Shown here: positions 57,544 to 64,000 of the stretch, one piece after another
Layout of the letters: each line of letters begins with the position of its first letter
Numbering within the stretch: position 1 is the stretch's first letter
IMG/VR virus record: IMGVR_UViG_3300037487_001184
Span: 60,230-124,229 of that record
DNA: 64,000 bases
Source of the DNA: a virus
Direction: 5' to 3' (one strand)
Translations under genes and position numbers: made by a program
The notes under the pieces: model-generated
Database searches by the model: none
Told to the model about the DNA's origin: nothing
What the model saw: the letters and a program-made list of their open reading frames with translations, nothing else

Positions 57544-59530
57544 GTACATAGAAATAGGAGAAGCACTAGAGGCAGTGCAGCAAATAAGTAAAGATATAGG
57601 ACTTACCAAACAATCAACCGGGTTCTTCGAAGACCTTGTTCTGTCATGTCACATGACAGAGAAAGATGGGCAATTACTGTTAGATAAACATCTGTTCAGT
57701 TTATACTGCGAAAACTATATGAAGACCATGTTATCTAAAGACATGGACCAAATGACAGCCATACGAGGATATAAGAAGCAGCCGGTAGATATCGAAGAGT
57801 TCTTAGAGTCTAAAGAATATATGAACCAAAGAGGTCATCTTAGACCAGTGATAAAATATGAACTGGATAGACTCTTTTCTAACAGAGATAAATATCTTGA
57901 GGTAATTCTTTCGGGTGGAATAGGGATTGGGAAAAGCTTCTTCTCTGAAATGGCATTATCCTATTTGGTGTATCTAAACTCTTGCCTAACAAATATGCAA
58001 GCAGAATATGATTTAGCCCCAGGTTCTACCATCTACTTCATTCTACAGTCTGTATCTATGACATCGGCTAAACGAGTCCTCTTCGACCAGATGATGGGGC
58101 GCATGTCACAAACACATTACTTTACAAGGGTGTTCCCCTTCGATAAAAAAGTTCGCTCTATGTTGAAATTCCCGAACGGATTGTATGTAACCCCGGTCAG
58201 TAGTACTGAAATGTCAGCGATTGGGTTGAATGTGTTTGCAGGTGTGATTTCGGAAGCTAACTTCTTCCAAGTAATAGCAGATAGTAAGTTAAGTAAATCT
58301 GCTGATGGAACATATGACCAAGCGGAACAGAATTATGGCACTATTATGCAGAGAATGCGTTCCAGGTTTGATAAAATGGGTAAAATGCCTGGAATGATGA
58401 TATTAGACTCTTCCGCACGGTACCCAGGCGACTTCCTAGATAGAAAGATGGAAGAAGCGAAGACAGACCCTAGTATATTCGTCATGAAGTATGCACAATG
58501 GGAAGCATTACCTGCGGATAGGATGAGCACAGAGAAATTCCTTGTTGAAATCGGGAATCATGAACGAAGTTCTAGAATTCTACCGAAATATGAGATGGCA
58601 TTCGAAGGGTCCGAAGTTATTGAAGTGCCGATGAACTACTTCCGTGACTTTCAACGAAATTGTGAAGCTGCACTCCGAGACTTTGCTGGTATTGTGCTCG
58701 GTGTTGAAGGTGCCTTCATGAAGAACAAGGAAGCAGTAGTTGATGCTGTTCGCGCGCACGCGGCTGTGTATGATAATAAGCAACTATTCACAATGGATGA
58801 CATTATCATAGATGCTGAGCTAGATTGGGGTTCTCCACACTGGGCGATGCTTATAAACCAGGACTATTTAAAGGAACCATCGTTCGACGCTGGCGCTACA
58901 TTTGCGCTGCACGCTGATATTGGTATCACACACGATAGTACTGGTCTTGTAGTGGGGCATATCCAAGATTATGTGAATCTGCCATCAACCAGTAGATACA
59001 ACGGCAAACTAGACACATTTGTAGAGTTAACCGATTTACTCGCACCAGTATTTTGTATAGATGGGATTATCCGTATTCGCCCACCACATGGCGGCGAAGT
59101 TCACATGGATCTGCTAAGAGGATTCATTTTCTACATCTGTCAGGTTCTTAATATAAAGTTTGGTACGTTTGATAGATTCTCTTCGGTGCAGTTTATACAA
59201 GGGTTGAGGCGATTAAAAGTAAGGAGTGGGTTAGTATCGACAGTAACAACGACACAACCATACAACGAACTTAAATCTGCCTATATTGAACACCGAATCA
59301 TACATCCCAGTCACAAAGTATATGTAGAGGAGCTACTTGGGTTGCAGTTCGAGCCTAAGAAGAACAGGATTGACCATTTACCCGGTGCTGGAAAAGACTG
59401 CGCTGATGCTATGGCTTCTGTTGTACACATACTTACAAACAAAGTGGCGAACTACAGCAGAAAGCACGAGGAAATCAAACAAGTAAAGCGGTACCAAAAG
59501 TTAGGGATTCGGAAATTGAGGTTCAGATAA
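57536..59530 (+). CDS. terL: Terminase large subunit
   Basis: PVDIEEFL, SGGIGIGKS (Walker A), GVISEANF (Walker B variant), LDSS, LHADIG..DSTG, TFDRF, IDH..GKDCADA. Confidence 0.85.
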   Translation: MHKYIEIGEALEAVQQISKDIGLTKQSTGFFEDLVLSCHMTEKDGQLLLDKHLFSLYCENYMKTMLSKDMDQMTAIRGYKKQPVDIEEFLESKEYMNQRGHLRPVIKYELDRLFSNRDKYLEVILSGGIGIGKSFFSEMALSYLVYLNSCLTNMQAEYDLAPGSTIYFILQSVSMTSAKRVLFDQMMGRMSQTHYFTRVFPFDKKVRSMLKFPNGLYVTPVSSTEMSAIGLNVFAGVISEANFFQVIADSKLSKSADGTYDQAEQNYGTIMQRMRSRFDKMGKMPGMMILDSSARYPGDFLDRKMEEAKTDPSIFVMKYAQWEALPADRMSTEKFLVEIGNHERSSRILPKYEMAFEGSEVIEVPMNYFRDFQRNCEAALRDFAGIVLGVEGAFMKNKEAVVDAVRAHAAVYDNKQLFTMDDIIIDAELDWGSPHWAMLINQDYLKEPSFDAGATFALHADIGITHDSTGLVVGHIQDYVNLPSTSRYNGKLDTFVELTDLLAPVFCIDGIIRIRPPHGGEVHMDLLRGFIFYICQVLNIKFGTFDRFSSVQFIQGLRRLKVRSGLVSTVTTTQPYNELKSAYIEHRIIHPSHKVYVEELLGLQFEPKKNRIDHLPGAGKDCADAMASVVHILTNKVANYSRKHEEIKQVKRYQKLGIRKLRFR

Positions 59531-59621
59531 AAAATTTGGGGTATCAAACACAGCCCAAACCTTCTCCTCCCGACCTGGGGCACCTAAGTTATGATACCCT
59601 ACTTTCTCTTTTGGAGGCATA

Positions 59622-59903
59622 ATGGCAATTGAAGTATCAATTTTGGATGAGAATGGAAATGAAACAATACTAAAGGAGGCACAAGTGACTGAAAACTTGC
59701 CAGTAGTAGTGAAAGGTAAATTCCCTAGTCTGCAAGAACAGCTTAAACAACAGCTTAATGCTGCTCACCAGAGATGTGTAGAGGCTGGCAGGGTAATTCA
59801 ACGGGCTGCAGAAGAGCGCGCAGAGTTGTGGGAGAAAATGGCGGATGTCAGCAAGAATGCTTTAAAAGACGATGTGACTACTTTCAACAAATTTGAGTCA
59901 TAA
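59622..59903 (+). CDS. Hypothetical protein
   Basis: 93-aa ORF with GGAGG RBS. Confidence 0.65.
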   Translation: MAIEVSILDENGNETILKEAQVTENLPVVVKGKFPSLQEQLKQQLNAAHQRCVEAGRVIQRAAEERAELWEKMADVSKNALKDDVTTFNKFES

Positions 59904-60512
59904 ATGATTGATTTAACTAATCAAAAGTTTGGCAAGTTAGTTGTGCAGAAGCTAGCTGGCAGAAATGGTAAGCACCTTGCTTGGAGCTGTGTCTGCGAGT
60001 GCGGAAATATTACCAGAGTTCAAGGTGGCAATTTGAAAAACGGGCATACTAAATCCTGTGGATGTCTCAACAAAGAAGTAATTGCTGAGAGAAGTACTTC
60101 ACATGGTCATGCTGTAGATGGGGTGCACACTACAACATATAGTAGTTGGTCTAATATGATGACTAGATGTAACAACTCCACATATTTTAGGTATAAAGAC
60201 TATGGTGGTCGAGGTATTAAGGTTTGTGATAGATGGCATAAGTTTGAGAACTTCTTGGCTGATATGGGTGAACGTCCAGAGGGTACGACACTTGATAGAA
60301 AAGATAACGACGGGGACTACTGCTTGGAAAATTGCAGGTGGGCTACCCCTAAAGAGCAGTGTAATAATACAAGGAGAAATGTGTGGATTAAATATAAGGG
60401 TGAGACAAAAAATGTAACTCAATGGGCAAAAAGTATAGGTATAACAGGTGCGCTTTTGCGGCAGAGGTTGACCAGAGATGGATGGTCAATTGAACGTGCG
60501 CTTACGACATGA
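59904..60512 (+). CDS. HNH-type homing endonuclease
   Basis: DLTNQKFGKL, CVCECG, TKSCGC, YGGRGIKVCDRW, TLDRKDNDGDY..NCRWAT. Confidence 0.85.
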   Translation: MIDLTNQKFGKLVVQKLAGRNGKHLAWSCVCECGNITRVQGGNLKNGHTKSCGCLNKEVIAERSTSHGHAVDGVHTTTYSSWSNMMTRCNNSTYFRYKDYGGRGIKVCDRWHKFENFLADMGERPEGTTLDRKDNDGDYCLENCRWATPKEQCNNTRRNVWIKYKGETKNVTQWAKSIGITGALLRQRLTRDGWSIERALTT

Positions 60513-60528
60513 TAAAATGGAGGGCTAA

Positions 60529-60741
60529 ATGATTATCTTAAAAAAATGTGTATGCAATAGTGCCTTCCAAGACGAAGAATACGGTGAGAATATCCGTGTT
60601 CATAACATGTGTAACCCGGCGGGTAACAAGTTTACCAAAGCTGGCTGCACAGTTTGTGCCAGAGTCAAGGATATCGCCGCAGTTTCAATGGCGGATGATA
60701 CAAAATTATCCAAAAAAGAGAAAAAGAAGGGTAAAAAATGA
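60529..60741 (+). CDS. Small putative Zn-binding protein
   Basis: CVC..FQD.EYG..RVHN..CTVC; GGAGG RBS. Confidence 0.7.
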   Translation: MIILKKCVCNSAFQDEEYGENIRVHNMCNPAGNKFTKAGCTVCARVKDIAAVSMADDTKLSKKEKKKGKK

Positions 60742-60818
60742 TACCTACCCCAGTGGAACTGCCGGGTGTATTTCAGATTCAAGCGAATAGATACCAAATG
60801 TATGTTATAGGAGGCTAA
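60738..60818 (+). CDS. Possible 26-aa coupled ORF (MIPTPVELPGVFQIQANRYQMYVIGG)
   Basis: ATGA overlap with the upstream stop; ends 1 nt before the next ATG. Confidence 0.35.
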   Translation: MIPTPVELPGVFQIQANRYQMYVIGG

Positions 60819-60819
60819 G

Positions 60820-61020
60820 ATGTTAGTACGCGCAAGATATAAAGAAGGTTATAATCCAGGAATAGAAGTGGTTATGGATATGAGCATAGACGAAACGGAT
60901 GTGTTCCACTATATAATGGACTGTGAGGTAGAACGTAACCTTACTATAACGGCTGATTTTGCACAAGAGATACTAGATGTCTTATTAGTAGCAGAGAAAG
61001 ACATAAAAGAATGGAACTAA
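60820..61020 (+). CDS. Hypothetical protein
   Basis: 66-aa ORF with AGGAGG RBS. Confidence 0.65.
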   Translation: MLVRARYKEGYNPGIEVVMDMSIDETDVFHYIMDCEVERNLTITADFAQEILDVLLVAEKDIKEWN

Positions 61021-61379
61021 CACAATCTGATGAGTTCATTAAAGCTATTAACGGAGAGAAGGTATACACATACTACTTCGATGTGTTCTGGGATGTAAAA
61101 GAAAACACGATAATATTATCCCCTGCCAGGTCTGAGCATGAGTCTATGGCTGATTGTGGAGTGACTGGATACCGGAATGGAGACTCCTGGCATTTGCGAG
61201 TAAAAGAAACTAGCGCATCAGCAGCAATGAAGAAAGCAAAGCTGCGGCTTGCTGCACACATCGGCGCGTTGGCGCAACGAGTAATGGATGCAGAGGCAGA
61301 CGACCCATCCACACACATGGGAAGCGAGGGTACAAAGTTTCCAGGATATGAATGGGTAGATGAGGTGTTCTCAGCATGA
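61011..61379 (+). CDS. Hypothetical protein
   Basis: 122-aa ORF overlapping both neighbours. Confidence 0.65.
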   Translation: MELTQSDEFIKAINGEKVYTYYFDVFWDVKENTIILSPARSEHESMADCGVTGYRNGDSWHLRVKETSASAAMKKAKLRLAAHIGALAQRVMDAEADDPSTHMGSEGTKFPGYEWVDEVFSA

Positions 61380-61885
61380 AGCCACATGTGGCTCAAAATA
61401 GCGGGGACAATGAATGGTACACGCCCAGCAGTATCATAACCTCCGCGTTAGCTGTTATGGGTAAAGTTGATCTAGATCCGGCAAGTAGTGAGATAGCAAA
61501 TGAAGTGGTAAAAGCACGGGTATTTTATAACATTAGTGATGACGGGTTATCTAAATTATGGAAAGGGAAAGTGTGGATGAATCCACCTTATGCTCAACCG
61601 CTTGCCTCTCTTTTCTGTAAAAAACTTATATACCATTTTGAAGAAGGGGACGTGCCAGAGGCAATGGCTTTGTTAAACAATGCTACTGAGACAAAATGGT
61701 TTCAGGAACTTGCTAGTGCAGCATCTGCCATCTGTTTTCCTAAAGGTAGGATTAGATACTGGCACCCGGATAAGAAGACTAGTACCCCGTTGCAAGGACA
61801 GGCAGTATTTTATTTTGGGAGTAACATTGAGGTGTTTGTGAATATCTTTAAATTACATGGTAGTTGTTTCGTGGTGTCAACATGA
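61376..61885 (+). CDS. Phage-type DNA N6-adenine methyltransferase
   Basis: NEWYTP, DLDPAS, DDGL..W.GKVWMNPPY, TETKWFQ, GRIRY. Confidence 0.85.
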   Translation: MKPHVAQNSGDNEWYTPSSIITSALAVMGKVDLDPASSEIANEVVKARVFYNISDDGLSKLWKGKVWMNPPYAQPLASLFCKKLIYHFEEGDVPEAMALLNNATETKWFQELASAASAICFPKGRIRYWHPDKKTSTPLQGQAVFYFGSNIEVFVNIFKLHGSCFVVST

Positions 61886-62607
61886 AGCTGCAAGTAGTAC
61901 CCTGGTTTGGCGGGAAAGGAGCAATCTATAAATGGATACTGGCAAACTTCCCAGAACACGATTATTTGGTTGATGCCTTCGGCGGGAGTGGTGTTATTAT
62001 CTTAAATGATAATGTGCCAGGGTTGTATAACGAAATAGATCCAGACCTGTTCTGGATGATGATAAACATCAAATGGGCATGTGCCCAGTTTGTAGATAGG
62101 TTGCGGGAAGTAGAATATTGTGAAAGCACTTGCAAGTCTGCCAGCAGATATTTTAAATTGGCGGAAGGAAGTTTTGATAGAGCGGTAGCCTACTATACGT
62201 GGCAACGAATGCGCTACGCTGGCGGAGAAGCTGCCGGTAGAGGATTCAAATGGACTGGTAGACAAACATGGGAAAACATGCTGCTAAAGTTGCCGGTAAT
62301 CGCCCAGCGGTTGCAGAATATAACTATATTCAACAAAAGTGCGCTAGACTTGTTACCGCTTAATCCTGCGGCCCAGCGGGGTAAAAAACCGCTAATATAC
62401 CTGGACCCTCCGTATCCTAGCGAGTTGAGAACGAGGGGTAAGTACAAATACGAGTTCGACGAGCATGAGAAGCTAATGAAGCTGGTAGAACCCTACGCAT
62501 TTGTGTTGTCAAGCTATGATAGCACGCTTCCTTACCCACACGTTAAGAAACCGACCAGAAACCAGAACGGCAAAGCCAGAGAAGAATACCTCTACATCCA
62601 CGCCTGA
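61882..62607 (+). CDS. Dam-like (D12 class) DNA adenine methyltransferase
   Basis: PWFGGK, DAFGGSG, NEID, IYLDPPY, LSSYD; the ATG at 61882 overlaps the previous stop (the track starts at 61864). Confidence 0.85.
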   Translation: MKLQVVPWFGGKGAIYKWILANFPEHDYLVDAFGGSGVIILNDNVPGLYNEIDPDLFWMMINIKWACAQFVDRLREVEYCESTCKSASRYFKLAEGSFDRAVAYYTWQRMRYAGGEAAGRGFKWTGRQTWENMLLKLPVIAQRLQNITIFNKSALDLLPLNPAAQRGKKPLIYLDPPYPSELRTRGKYKYEFDEHEKLMKLVEPYAFVLSSYDSTLPYPHVKKPTRNQNGKAREEYLYIHA

Positions 62608-62788
62608 AATTTTTCCACCAATTTTTTCTTGAAACCCCTGGTGGAAAAACTTGCCGAAAATCACTAATCGCGAAAAGGTGCCAAACAAATTCTGAGGGTT
62701 AGCTACACCCGCCCCCGCGCTGCATGTGTTATGATTACGATACGTTATCACCCTCCCCATATCCTTTCTTACATACACGCGCGGGAGT

Positions 62789-62901
62789 GACCCAGGTCGA
62801 CCCCGCGACCCTCGACCCAGGTCGACCCCGCGACCCTCGACCCAGGTCGACCCCGCGACCCTCGACCCAGGTCGACCCCGCGACCCCGCGACCCAGGTCG
62901 A
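62789..62901. repeat. 25-bp tandem repeat, about 4.5 copies
   Basis: GACCCAGGTCGACCCCGCGACCCTC exact at 62789, 62814 and 62839, then a variant and a partial copy. Confidence 0.95.
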
Positions 62902-62929
62902 TGTTTTTTCCCGCGAGGGTCGTTTTTCA

Positions 62930-62957
62930 TTGCAATTAGCTATTGACATGCTATTGT
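62930..62957 (+). promoter_or_regulatory. Candidate sigma70-type promoter of the GC-rich gene
   Basis: TTGCAA-16 nt-TATTGT with extended TG in an AT-rich patch; (GAAC)4 and a GAGAGGA RBS follow. Confidence 0.5.
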
Positions 62958-63003
62958 TGGCACTCCCAATACGGGAACGAACGAACGAACGAGAGGACCT
63001 ATC

Positions 63004-63705
63004 ATGTTTAGATTATTTGTTTTATCTTGGGCAACCGCGGCACTCCGCGCCCCCGCGAGAGTTTACATCGTTGACCGTACGGTCAGCGCGCTGACGAACT
63101 GGGTCGCACTCTCCGCGCCCGCGACGACCCTTCGCACTTGGTCGACCTGGGTCGCTGACCTCGCGAGGACCGCGGAAGAAACAAGGACCAGCGCGCCCGC
63201 GAGAATAAGGCAAGGGTCTTGGCGCGCGTTGACCCTCGCGATGATCGCGGAGCGAAGGTACTCGCGACCCGAGCGTGTACCTTGCGCGCTCGCGTGGGTC
63301 GAGGACCGCGCCCGCGATTGGTCGACCCTCGATCCAGTGATCGAAGTCAAGAAATCGAGGGTCGTACGTCGCGAAGTCAAGGGTCGCGCCGCGCTCGCGA
63401 AGACCGGGTCAAACCATTGGGAGCGCGGAGTGATCACGGAACGCGGGGTCTTCGCGCGAGTACTTCCCGACCCAGGGATCGAGGTCTGGTCTCAGGAACG
63501 ACAAATATTTGAGGACCGCGATCAGGGTCGTACCTTTGAGGTCTGCCGACCGATCACATCGCGACCCTTGCCCGCGCCGCGACCCTGGGTCAAGGTCGAC
63601 CGTACGGTCGCGCAAGCAATGCATGCGGATCTAGGTCTTGCGCGGCACCGCGAGGGTCGGTCGGTCGTCGCGAATCCAATGACCTCAATGTTAGATAGTA
63701 TCTAG
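63004..63705 (+). CDS. GC-rich hypothetical protein, stand-alone transcription unit
   Basis: 233-aa ORF with its own RBS, candidate promoter and terminator. Confidence 0.65.
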   Translation: MFRLFVLSWATAALRAPARVYIVDRTVSALTNWVALSAPATTLRTWSTWVADLARTAEETRTSAPARIRQGSWRALTLAMIAERRYSRPERVPCALAWVEDRARDWSTLDPVIEVKKSRVVRREVKGRAALAKTGSNHWERGVITERGVFARVLPDPGIEVWSQERQIFEDRDQGRTFEVCRPITSRPLPAPRPWVKVDRTVAQAMHADLGLARHREGRSVVANPMTSMLDSI

Positions 63706-63725
63706 ACCCTCGACCCTCGACCAAG

Positions 63726-63754
63726 ACCCCCGCGCTCGCGGGGGTTTTTTTTTT
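63726..63754 (+). terminator. Rho-independent terminator
   Basis: ACCCCCGC-gctc-GCGGGGGT followed by a T-tract. Confidence 0.9.
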
Positions 63755-64000
63755 GTCCTCGCTCCCAGGTCGTCCTCGCTCCCAGGTCGTCCTCGCTCCC
63801 AGGTCGTCCTCGCTCCCAGGTCGAGGGTCGCTCCCAGGTCGTCCTCGCTCCCAGGTCGTCCTCGCTCCCAGGTCGTCCTCGCTCCCAGGTCGTCCTCGCT
63901 CCCAGGTCGTCCTCGCTCCCAGGTCGTCCTCGCTCCCAGGTCGAGGGTCGCTCCCAGGTCGTCCTCGCTCCCAGGTCGTCCTCGCTCCCAGGTCGTCCTC
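63755..64000. repeat. 17-bp tandem array with 120-bp higher-order period, running off the window
   Basis: Unit GTCCTCGCTCCCAGGTC; 18-bp variant GAGGGTCGCTCCCAGGTC at 63823 and 63943, six standard units apart. Confidence 0.95.

Noticed and set aside
59530-59621. HDV-like ribozyme suggested by the TCCTCCCG segment
   Set aside because: The required P3 and P1 pairings could not be built
63755-64000. CRISPR array
   Set aside because: Units are head-to-tail with no unique spacers, and no cas operon is present
1-64000. Alternative genetic code (stop-codon reassignment)
   Set aside because: Long intact genes and tight gene packing under the standard code; TAA, TAG and TGA all serve as stops
1-64000. 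tRNA or rRNA genes, integrase and att sites
   Set aside because: None recognised by eye; intergenic gaps are short and lack cloverleaf signatures. A tRNAscan run would be needed to be certain

Overview
This window is part of a large, AT-rich tailed bacteriophage genome with a contractile tail (myovirus-like), using the standard genetic code and sigma70-type promoters. Bases 1-42.4 kb form one minus-strand virion arm: head protease, scaffold and capsid, then neck, sheath, tube, a frameshifted tail chaperone, tape measure and baseplate, a DUF4815-like protein, a giant coiled-coil fibre, a beta-roll fibre, three glycosyltransferase genes and a collagen-like protein that runs off the left edge. 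A repeat- and palindrome-rich non-coding gap (42.44-43.09 kb, probable origin) separates this from a plus-strand arm. That arm encodes a putative initiator, degenerate loader, DnaB-like helicase, intein-containing primase, SSB, SF2 helicase, RecA, nucleases, an AAA ATPase, terminase and two adenine methyltransferases. Four paralogous HNH endonucleases are scattered through the window. The most unusual part is the last 1.2 kb: an abrupt switch to GC-rich DNA built from a few 4-mers (CGCG, GACC/GGTC, GATC, GTAC, TCGA), containing one stand-alone gene between two tandem arrays, right next to the two methyltransferases. No portal, DNA polymerase, lysis gene, tRNA or CRISPR array was recognised. 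All protein family calls come from motif recognition by eye, not from database searches.
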